NCBI GenBank assembly: GCA_002719295.1
Contig: PBHC01000012.1
Span: forward strand, 77,930-141,929
DNA: 64,000 nucleotides
Origin: Chloroflexota bacterium
GTDB lineage: Bacteria > Chloroflexota > Dehalococcoidia > Lucifugimonadales > Lucifugimonadaceae
Direction of reading: 5' to 3'
In this document: positions 29,550-37,995 of the stretch, one piece after another
Numbering within the stretch: the stretch's first letter is position 1
How the letters are laid out: each line of letters begins with the position of its first letter
Program-made: the position numbers and the translations under genes
The notes under the pieces: generated by a model
The model's database searches: none
What the model was told of the DNA's origin: nothing
What the model saw: only the letters and a program-made list of their open reading frames with translations

Positions 29550-30605
29550 TTAAGAATCAAAATTTATAATAGACCTGCCTGTTATTTTTCCATTATGAAG
29601 GTCATCACATGCTTTATTGATTTCTTCTAATTTATATTCTTTAGTCACAAGCTTATCTAATGGGAATTTCCCTTCTTCATAAAGTCTCAAATACATTTGG
29701 AAATCTTTATCAGGATATGTTGCTCCTAATGATCCTCTAAATTGTCTTTGATGAAACATAAAATGTCCTGGATCTAAAGTCATTTCTTTCCCTGGCATAC
29801 CTACTAGAACAGCCATTCCTCCAATATTTTCAGCTCCAGATCCTCCGCCTCTAACACTTGGTAAAATTTGTTCATTTGTTATTCTTAATCCAATCGTATC
29901 AAATGAGAAATCAGACCCTCCTGATGTAATTTCATGAATAGCTTCAACAGGATCTTCTTTTTTGGAATTAATAGTATGTGTAGCTCCAAATTTTTTCGCA
30001 AAGTCTAATTTTTCATCAGAAATATCTACCGCTATTCTTGGATAGGCTTCTAATATTTTAGCCATAATTAAAGATGACAATCCTACTCCACCTACTCCAA
30101 AAATTGCTACAGATTCTTCTGGTCTAACTTTGGCAGTATGTAAAACTGCCCCTGCTCCAGTTAGTACTGCACACCCAACAATTGATGAATTATATTTATC
30201 TGATGATTTTGGTACCTTCACTACATAACCTGATCTAACCAATACATGTTCCCCCCAAGTATATGTGGCACCATTTAAAGGAGCTTCGTTGTAAGTCACA
30301 CCTGTTGGTGGAAACACAGGTCTACCTTTAACTGGCTCTCTGTTCACCCAAGTTACAATAGCCAAGTCTCCTTCCTCAAGATGAGTAACATCAGATCCTT
30401 TAGCTATAACTGTTCCAGTTCCTTCATGCCCTAATAAACTTGGAGTTGGACTATCAGGATTATGCATTTGGTGTAACTGGCTATGGCAAACTCCACTAGA
30501 ATGTAGTTTGACTATTACTTGATCTGGTCTTGGATCTGGAATCTGAATGTTGTCTACAGTTAAATTTTTTCCGTATTCTGTATGAATTGCAGCTTTACTT
30601 TCCAT
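29550..30605 (-). CDS. Zn-dependent MDR alcohol dehydrogenase lacking the structural-Zn lobe
   Basis: GVCHS, GHEG, GCAVLTG, GVGGVG; no 4-Cys cluster; start at MESK with GGAG upstream. Confidence 0.85.
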   Translation of the reverse strand: MESKAAIHTEYGKNLTVDNIQIPDPRPDQVIVKLHSSGVCHSQLHQMHNPDSPTPSLLGHEGTGTVIAKGSDVTHLEEGDLAIVTWVNREPVKGRPVFPPTGVTYNEAPLNGATYTWGEHVLVRSGYVVKVPKSSDKYNSSIVGCAVLTGAGAVLHTAKVRPEESVAIFGVGGVGLSSLIMAKILEAYPRIAVDISDEKLDFAKKFGATHTINSKKEDPVEAIHEITSGGSDFSFDTIGLRITNEQILPSVRGGGSGAENIGGMAVLVGMPGKEMTLDPGHFMFHQRQFRGSLGATYPDKDFQMYLRLYEEGKFPLDKLVTKEYKLEEINKACDDLHNGKITGRSIINFDS

Positions 30606-30679
30606 AAAAAACTCCATATTAATTTGATTTAAATTTACTATGTTTTTTGGGAATTTACTATTTAGAAAAAGCTTTAAAT

Positions 30680-30694
30680 TGATAAAATATTAGT
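30680..30694 (+). promoter_or_regulatory. Extended -10 promoter, probable leaderless transcript
   Basis: TG-A-TAAAAT ending 6 nt before ATG 30695; no SD. Confidence 0.45.
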
Positions 30695-31777
30695 ATGAAA
30701 AGAATTTTATTAATATTTACACTTGTATTCTTTGTAGCATGTGCGCAAAACCAAGTAGATGACTCTGTAATAGATGACACTCCAATAACAGTTAATCCTA
30801 TGGTGAACTTTAAGTCTTTCATTTTAGAATTACCAGAAGCTGAACAAAGCTGTTTTTATGAAAAATTTTCTAATGAAAAATCTGCTATTGATTTTTATTC
30901 AGAAACTTCCTTCCCAAATCCTGAAATATCAGATTGTTTGTCTCAAAATTCTAATTTTAGAATAATTCAAGGTATTTTAATTAATAGCAATATTAATTTA
31001 TCTCAAGAAGAGTTGTTATGTATAAAGTCAAATAATCAAAATGAAAAATTCGATTATTTAAGAGAATCCTTTGGAACTCCTGTTTTTACATATTCTCTTG
31101 GAACGTTATTTTGCTTAAATGAAACTTCTCGAAATATTTATGATTCATCTAAAAATGGTAATTTATTTGAAGGAATTATTGATAATAAGCCTTTAGCATC
31201 TATCTTGCCAAAAAATATAAATGCTTTGGAGTGCTTTGCCACTACTTCAGGAGATGAAGATAATTCTTTTGAAAGCACTAAAGAAGCTCTTGGTTTTATA
31301 TATTCAAGTGGAGGATTATTTCCTATTCAAATTTTTTCAGATATTTCAAACTTGGCAGATTGTATTGAAATTCCTAAAGAATTGGTTGAAATAGGTCTGA
31401 ATGAATCATCTGCAGAATGCTTATCTTTTAAATTGGGAGATATTTTTTCAGATCCTTTGAATCCATCTTTAACGGACCTCCCTAATATAATTGTTGAATT
31501 AGAAAGTTGTTATATTGATGCTGAAGCATTGTTAAGATACTTCGAGTTTGATTTGCCAGAATCTGATATCACCATGGAAGAGCAAAATATCCCTGAGGAG
31601 GCATTAGCTGACGAAAGATTTATATGCTTTTCACAAGAATTAGATATAAATGATGTTTTAGAATTTTTATATACTAGAAAATTAACCTCAAAAGCATTAA
31701 GTTCAGCAGAGAATTGTGGAATAAGTAAAGAAGAAATTGAATCAATCGATCTTTCTGAACTTTTAGAAAATAATTAG
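30695..31777 (+). CDS. Acidic Cys-rich hypothetical lipoprotein
   Basis: Lipobox FVAC (C16) plus ten further Cys in five apparent pairs. Confidence 0.72.
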   Translation: MKRILLIFTLVFFVACAQNQVDDSVIDDTPITVNPMVNFKSFILELPEAEQSCFYEKFSNEKSAIDFYSETSFPNPEISDCLSQNSNFRIIQGILINSNINLSQEELLCIKSNNQNEKFDYLRESFGTPVFTYSLGTLFCLNETSRNIYDSSKNGNLFEGIIDNKPLASILPKNINALECFATTSGDEDNSFESTKEALGFIYSSGGLFPIQIFSDISNLADCIEIPKELVEIGLNESSAECLSFKLGDIFSDPLNPSLTDLPNIIVELESCYIDAEALLRYFEFDLPESDITMEEQNIPEEALADERFICFSQELDINDVLEFLYTRKLTSKALSSAENCGISKEEIESIDLSELLENN

Positions 31778-31789
31778 TATAATTACGAT

Positions 31790-32746
31790 ATGAAAATCAA
31801 TATCGATAAAAATTCCGATCTAGTAATTGCAGCAGACATTGGAGGTACTAATATCCGTGTAGCTTTAGTCGACTTATCTGGAAAAATATTAGATAAAACT
31901 AAAGTTGAATATAAGCCGTCTTTGGGAATAGAAAAAGCAGGAGATCTTATATCAGAAATGATTATAAAAATCTCTAAAACAGAATCTATTAGAGGAATGG
32001 GTTACTCTTCAGCAGGACCCCTTGACCAAATCACAGGAAAATATATAAATCCTCCTAACCTAACTGGGTGGCATGACAAATCATTGATTCCGTTTATAGA
32101 GAGAAATTTAGGAATTGTTTCAAAAGTAGGGCATGATGCTACATTGGCAGCATTAGCGGAAACAAAATTTGGTGAATTTACTGGATCTAAAGATATAGTA
32201 TATTTAACAGTTTCAACAGGTGTCGGAGCAGGAATGATATCTAATGGAAATATGATTCAAGGCCATAATTGGTTCGCTGGAGAGGTTGGTCACATCATAA
32301 TTAATCCTAATGGTCATAGATGCTCTCTTGGGTGTCCAGGATGTCTTGAAGGAAATGTTTCCGGTACTGCTATAGCATCAATTGCAAAACAAAGATTAAA
32401 AAAATATAAAAGTAAAATTTTAAATGATTATTCAGATAATGAAATAAATTCTAAGCTTGTTTTTGATTATGCAAGAAGAGGAGATTTATTGTGTAAAGAA
32501 ATTTTGTTTGATGTCATAGAAAATTTAGGTAGAGGCTTAGCTTCTTTATTAGCGGTATTAAATCCTGAAATTATAATATTAGGAGGATCTGTTGCTGAGG
32601 CTATAAATAATAATTATTCTGATGTTCTTATAAAATCAGTCTCAAAATATTGCATTGAATTTTATAAAGAATCTCCTCCAATAAGAATGACTAAATTAGG
32701 AGAAAATGCATCTATTTTAGGAGCCTCAATAATTGCTCAAAATTAA
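31790..32746 (+). CDS. ROK family sugar kinase (glucokinase-like)
   Basis: DIGGT, VSTGVGAG, GEVGH, CSLGCPGCLE. Confidence 0.92.
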   Translation: MKINIDKNSDLVIAADIGGTNIRVALVDLSGKILDKTKVEYKPSLGIEKAGDLISEMIIKISKTESIRGMGYSSAGPLDQITGKYINPPNLTGWHDKSLIPFIERNLGIVSKVGHDATLAALAETKFGEFTGSKDIVYLTVSTGVGAGMISNGNMIQGHNWFAGEVGHIIINPNGHRCSLGCPGCLEGNVSGTAIASIAKQRLKKYKSKILNDYSDNEINSKLVFDYARRGDLLCKEILFDVIENLGRGLASLLAVLNPEIIILGGSVAEAINNNYSDVLIKSVSKYCIEFYKESPPIRMTKLGENASILGASIIAQN

Positions 32747-33807
32747 TCGTCAATATCAGGTTGGTCGATAGGTTTTTCATAATCAGCCAATGATTTTATA
32801 GGATCGTCAATATCGTCATCAATTGCATCTGGGGCAATGAATGATGTCCCATCAGCGTTTAATGATCCCCATCCTTCAATCTCAGCGGCGTTGTATTCAT
32901 CAAAATCTTTTTCATAATCTTCTTTAATGTTTTTTTCAGTCTCCTCTGAAATATCATTTGGATTAGCAGAAATCAATTCTTCATCAGCCTTTATTTCAGA
33001 TAGTTTTTCTTTACTTAGTGTCACAATTTCAGGTTCACTCGAAAACTTTAAATTATCCAAAATGCTTTTAGCGTAAACACCACCAATATTTGAAATTCCG
33101 TTTACAGCTGCTTTTTGAGTTTCTAATTCTTCATCCTCTAATAAATCTTTTATTTGATCTAAATTTTCTTCATTCCCAATTAAACTTAAAGAATTGCAAG
33201 CCTCTGACCTTATTTTAAAGTTGTCATGATCTAACATTTCTTCTATTAGAGGAATCCATTTAATATCTCCGTTATTTCCCATTGAAGTAATTGCACAAAT
33301 CAAATCTTCATCCCCATTTGAACTATATTTTTCTAAAATCAAGGTTTCTATATCAGGATTTTTTATAAAACTTAAACTTTGAATCATTAAGTTCTTATGT
33401 TTTTCAGATTTTGATGATTTTACGAAGTTCAATCCAAATTCCATTAGTCTTTTTAACTGTTTATTTTTTGAAACATAATTAGAAATCCAATTTCCAAATA
33501 TAATAATTGCTTGTGTTTTTATATCATCATCTTTTTCTAGTGTAATAATATTTCTAATTTTTTGTAGTGAAGAAATATCAGAACTTTTTGTAAGATACTT
33601 AGTACTAATTTTTCTGATTTTATTATTTTCATGATCTAAAAATTTCAAAATAAAATCTTCAAAATCATAACCTTTGTTTTCATTTTCAAAAATTATCATT
33701 TCTTCTAAAAAATTTATAATTTTTTCTACGTTAAATTTAATTATTTTTGTATAATTTTCTTCGTAGGTTTCGAAATTTACTTTTGAAAAATCTATTCCAT
33801 ATGTCAT
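32743..33807 (-). CDS. HEAT-repeat protein with acidic C-terminal tail
   Basis: Repeats such as LDHDNFKIRSEACNSLSLIG and LEDEELETQKAAVNGISNIGG. Confidence 0.75.
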   Translation of the reverse strand: MTYGIDFSKVNFETYEENYTKIIKFNVEKIINFLEEMIIFENENKGYDFEDFILKFLDHENNKIRKISTKYLTKSSDISSLQKIRNIITLEKDDDIKTQAIIIFGNWISNYVSKNKQLKRLMEFGLNFVKSSKSEKHKNLMIQSLSFIKNPDIETLILEKYSSNGDEDLICAITSMGNNGDIKWIPLIEEMLDHDNFKIRSEACNSLSLIGNEENLDQIKDLLEDEELETQKAAVNGISNIGGVYAKSILDNLKFSSEPEIVTLSKEKLSEIKADEELISANPNDISEETEKNIKEDYEKDFDEYNAAEIEGWGSLNADGTSFIAPDAIDDDIDDPIKSLADYEKPIDQPDIDD

Positions 33808-35108
33808 GATGAAATCTCAACATTACTAGTTTGTAAAAAAGGTAATTCTAATGATCCATACACAATTTCATTTTCTTTGCTTATACTATCAACTTTATTA
33901 AGAGCATTGAAAGAGTTTCCAGAAATCATCGTGTTTTTTACTCTTCCTACTAGTTTTCCTTTTTCAATTTTATATCCAAGTGATATGTTGGCACTAAAAT
34001 CTCCTGAAAGTTCATTGCCTTGTCCTGCCCCAAGAAGATGATCTACTAAAATACCTTCATCAATTTGTTCAATCATTTTATTAAATGAGGTATCTCCGGT
34101 ATTCATTATGAGATTAGAAATACTAGGGAAAGTATTTGAATGCACTGATCGTACTGCGGAACCTGTTGATTCGCAATTATACTCGTTGGCTGTTTTTAGA
34201 TCAAAAATCCCTGAAATAAACTTTCCGTTTTTTATTAAGGTATTTATTTTACTTGGAATTCCCTCACCATCATAATTTCTAGATGATGTACTAAAATCTA
34301 TTAATGGATTATCTACAACTGTTATTTTATTATCAAAAATATCTTCATTTTCTTTATTGGATAGCTTAGATAGATTTTTTGATAGATTGGTGCCATTAAA
34401 TGAAACAAGTAAAGGGGATAAAATTGTTTGATAAAGTCCGTGGGGTGTGAAAATTATAGGGCAACCATTTTTAGGTGTTTCTTTTATGTTTTGTGCGATA
34501 GATAAGTTTTCTATCAATTTGCTGGTTAATTTATCTACAACTTCATCTTCAATATTTTTTACTGAACTTGCATAGTTATATATATTCAACATATCATTTC
34601 CATTTATAGTTTGTGCGGAAATAAAAAAACTTATTCCTGATTCATTTGATTCAAGACTTAGGCCATTAGAATTTTTTAAAAATGATTTTCCTTTACCTAG
34701 ATCGAACTCTGCATCACATAATGCATCTGGAAATTTATTTAATATTTTTTTTATGTTTTTATCTAACTTGTCTATAAAAAAATTATTTTCTAATAAGAAT
34801 TCTTCTTCTGAATAAATTAAGGCTTTATTTTCAGATAGTTTTTTCTTTGGAAATTTTATATTTGTTTTTGTAGGGAAATCACTTAATTCTAGAAAATTTG
34901 AACCAAATTTTTCTAAATCATAATTACTAGATGATGAGAAAGTTAAACCAGAGTCTTTTATTGCTCTGACCGCAAAGCCTTTTGACTGCTTAATTGAAAT
35001 TTCTTTTAATTTATTCGATTCAAATCCTATGCTTTTATACTCATTTTCTTCTTCATAAATTTCATGTTGTTCAAAATGATTATTTAATAATTTTTCAATC
35101 TTTTTCAT
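33804..35108 (-). CDS. pmbA: TldE/PmbA family protein
   Basis: DNP...YDGEG, G.STGSA, SGDFS, MISGN; no HExxxH. Confidence 0.88.
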   Translation of the reverse strand: MKKIEKLLNNHFEQHEIYEEENEYKSIGFESNKLKEISIKQSKGFAVRAIKDSGLTFSSSSNYDLEKFGSNFLELSDFPTKTNIKFPKKKLSENKALIYSEEEFLLENNFFIDKLDKNIKKILNKFPDALCDAEFDLGKGKSFLKNSNGLSLESNESGISFFISAQTINGNDMLNIYNYASSVKNIEDEVVDKLTSKLIENLSIAQNIKETPKNGCPIIFTPHGLYQTILSPLLVSFNGTNLSKNLSKLSNKENEDIFDNKITVVDNPLIDFSTSSRNYDGEGIPSKINTLIKNGKFISGIFDLKTANEYNCESTGSAVRSVHSNTFPSISNLIMNTGDTSFNKMIEQIDEGILVDHLLGAGQGNELSGDFSANISLGYKIEKGKLVGRVKNTMISGNSFNALNKVDSISKENEIVYGSLELPFLQTSNVEISS

Positions 35109-36478
35109 TATCCACTCGATACTAAACAGTTATTTATTCTTATATGAGGCGATCCATTTGATACAGGCAATGGGCTTTGTCCGCCTTTTCCACAGCCTCC
35201 ACCTTGATTTATTTCTAAATCATTTGCGATTCCATTAATATTTTTAAGTGTAGTAAATAAATTGCCAGATAGCTTAACTGGTCTCAATGTCTCTTTTATT
35301 TCTCCATTTTCAATTTTATATGTTTCAGCAGATGAAAAAGTGAACATTTCATGTTCTGTCATCCCTCCATACCAATTTTTGACATATAAACCATCTTTTG
35401 TATCTTTAATGATTTCATCCTTTGTATTCGTGCTGTTTTCTATTATCGTGTTTGTCATTCTTACAATAGGGGGATAAGCATATGATATGGCTCTTGCATT
35501 TCCTGTTGGTTTTTCGTCTAGTTTGCTTGCAGTTTCTTTAGAATGCAATCTTCCCACAAGAACCCCTTCTCTTATTAATGGTGTACTAGTTGAGGGAGTT
35601 CCTTCATCATCATACTCATATGAACCTCTTAGGTTTGGAATTTTTGCACCATCTGTAATATTAAGATCTGGATTACCAAATTTTTCTCCCAGTTTTAATA
35701 TCTCTTGCAATCTTTTATTTTCATACACATTATCTGCTTCTGAAAGATGCCCAAATGCTTCATGAACAAAAACGCCTGCTAGTATTTGATCTAATACAAC
35801 TGTAGTTTCTTGGCCTGTTATTTTTGGAGCTTTAATTAAGTCTATTGATTTTTTACTGCATTCTAAAACTTTATTATCAAGGTTTTCTACAATAGAGTAA
35901 TCACCTAAAGAGCCTATTGAAAATCCAGATTGAAGCATGTCATTACCATCTGAGCTATTAGCAGCAATTCTAAGTATTACATGAATAAAATTTTGCTCTA
36001 TTTCGTTGCCATCACTATCCGCAAAAATCACTTTTCTTTCAGTATCACCATAAACAATTTCACATCCATGAATTCTTTTATCACTTAAAACTAATTCTTT
36101 GTAATGGTCTAAAAGAGTAATTTTTTCTGATAAAGAAATTTTTCTTGGATCTTTTTTTACTTCTGCTGGTAATACCACTTTTATTGGGGTGTTTTTTTGA
36201 ATTTTAAAGGCTGTATTTTGGCTGTAGTTTGCTAATTCTATAGATTCCTTCATTTTTGTTGGGGCCAGATCTATTTCATTGAAACTAGTAAAGCCCCAAC
36301 CGCCATTACTCATTGATCGTGCAGATCCTCCAAAATGTGAGTTTATAGATACGTTTTCTCTAGTTTTTCCATTGTAATTAATTCTTGTAGAAACAGTTTC
36401 TTCTACTCTAATCTCTTTATATTCTGCATTTTTGCAGTTTAAAGAATCTTGCATTATAGTTTTATAATTTTTTTCCAC
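35108..36478 (-). CDS. tldD: TldD metalloprotease
   Basis: VHEAFGHLSEAD, YDDEG, GNARA, RMTNT, GCGKGGQ; GTG start. Confidence 0.93.
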   Translation of the reverse strand: MEKNYKTIMQDSLNCKNAEYKEIRVEETVSTRINYNGKTRENVSINSHFGGSARSMSNGGWGFTSFNEIDLAPTKMKESIELANYSQNTAFKIQKNTPIKVVLPAEVKKDPRKISLSEKITLLDHYKELVLSDKRIHGCEIVYGDTERKVIFADSDGNEIEQNFIHVILRIAANSSDGNDMLQSGFSIGSLGDYSIVENLDNKVLECSKKSIDLIKAPKITGQETTVVLDQILAGVFVHEAFGHLSEADNVYENKRLQEILKLGEKFGNPDLNITDGAKIPNLRGSYEYDDEGTPSTSTPLIREGVLVGRLHSKETASKLDEKPTGNARAISYAYPPIVRMTNTIIENSTNTKDEIIKDTKDGLYVKNWYGGMTEHEMFTFSSAETYKIENGEIKETLRPVKLSGNLFTTLKNINGIANDLEINQGGGCGKGGQSPLPVSNGSPHIRINNCLVSSG

Positions 36479-36482
36479 TAAT

Positions 36483-37388
36483 TTATCCTAATTTTGAACT
36501 ATCTGTTAATTTATTTTCTTCAAACCATTCATATGCATCAATTTTTTTACCATTATGATCTTTGATTCGACCTATAATTAATTTTTTATTTCCTAGCCCT
36601 ACGCTTACTGTTTTATTTTTTATAATTAACTTTTTATTTATATCTATTTCGTCACTATTCATAAACTTACAATTGTATAGAAATACAGTTTTTGAATCTA
36701 TTTTAGTCCAAGCTCCAGGTTGGGGGTCGCAACCTCTAATTAAATTATAGATATCATTAGGATCTTTATCCCAATTAATTTCTTTTTTTGAACACCAAGA
36801 TTCATATGATGCTTTTTTTTCATCTTGTTTGATTTTTGGCGCCTTATCAGAAATCACAAGTTTTACTGATTCTACCAATGAGCTGACTCCTAAGGGAAAT
36901 AACTTATTAAAATACAAGCTCCCAGTTGTATCATCAGTTGATATATCTAACTCTTTTTGCATCAAAATAGGTCCGGTATCTAATCCTTCGTCAGGCCAAA
37001 ATATAGTTATCCCTGTTTTTTTATCGCCATTAATAACAGCCCAATTTATTGAAGAAGGGCCTCTATGTTTTGGTAATAGCGAAGGATGGTATTGAATGGT
37101 TCCTTTTTTTGGGTTATTAATTATTTCCATTGGTACAATATCAGTTACATATGCCATAACAAGAAGATCAACATTAAGTTTTTTAAATTCTTTAATAGCA
37201 TTTTTAGATCTAAGTTTTTCATACCTTAAAATATTCATATTTTGTGTAATTCCATATTGATAAAGAGGATCATTATCTTGGTTTTGTGGGGTAAAAATCC
37301 CTACTATATTACAACCTTCAATTTTTGATACTTCTGAAGTAACCTTTTCTCCAAATGCAGATTGACCAATTATAGCTATATTAGTCAT
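36483..37388 (-). CDS. Formyltransferase-fold protein resembling the 10-formyl-THF dehydrogenase N-terminal hydrolase domain
   Basis: IAIIGQSAFG, YHPSLLPKHRGPSSINW, IFWPDEGLDTG, LYFNKLFP, IRGCDPQPGAW. Confidence 0.8.
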   Translation of the reverse strand: MTNIAIIGQSAFGEKVTSEVSKIEGCNIVGIFTPQNQDNDPLYQYGITQNMNILRYEKLRSKNAIKEFKKLNVDLLVMAYVTDIVPMEIINNPKKGTIQYHPSLLPKHRGPSSINWAVINGDKKTGITIFWPDEGLDTGPILMQKELDISTDDTTGSLYFNKLFPLGVSSLVESVKLVISDKAPKIKQDEKKASYESWCSKKEINWDKDPNDIYNLIRGCDPQPGAWTKIDSKTVFLYNCKFMNSDEIDINKKLIIKNKTVSVGLGNKKLIIGRIKDHNGKKIDAYEWFEENKLTDSSKLG

Positions 37389-37977
37389 TAAAAAAATCCA
37401 TTCTATAATAATTCCTTATATTTTCAAAAGACTGAACGATTTCGAATTGATTGAATTCATCTTTATTTTTTTTAGCATCATTTAAATGTTCTAATAAAAA
37501 ATATGCCTCAGCTTCACTTAATTTTTTATACTCTTCATGTCTTTTTAATGTTTCAAATGATATCCCTAAGTCATAAAGATTTTTGTAGGATTTTATGATT
37601 TTTACTATTCCGTTTGGATGTAACTTTTCTCCTTCTACATCTTTTGGTGGTTTAATTAATTTGTTTTCTAATAAATCTTCATAAAATAATTTAGTTACAT
37701 TTGATAGCCTTATAATTTCATCAATTGAATAGTTCTCCTTAATTTGTGAAGAAATAGTATTTATTTTTTTCTTAATTAATTTTAATGGGAAACCATCATT
37801 CTGTAATTTTTTTATTTCATTTATTTTTTCTAGATGAAAATTTGAAAAAGTAGATCGAGTTTTAGAAATTTTTTTAGGGGGCTCTAAAATATTTAATCTT
37901 ACATAATAATTTATAGCTGAAGTACTGACTCCAGTTATTTTTGAGACCTCACTTATTGAATAGTCATTTTCATTCAT
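37381..37977 (-). CDS. MerR-family regulator with two tandem HTH domains
   Basis: YSISEVSKITGVS..AINYY and a second YSIDEIIRLSNVT...LIKPP. Confidence 0.82.
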   Translation of the reverse strand: MNENDYSISEVSKITGVSTSAINYYVRLNILEPPKKISKTRSTFSNFHLEKINEIKKLQNDGFPLKLIKKKINTISSQIKENYSIDEIIRLSNVTKLFYEDLLENKLIKPPKDVEGEKLHPNGIVKIIKSYKNLYDLGISFETLKRHEEYKKLSEAEAYFLLEHLNDAKKNKDEFNQFEIVQSFENIRNYYRMDFFND

Positions 37978-37995
37978 AAAATAAATTCTACATTA

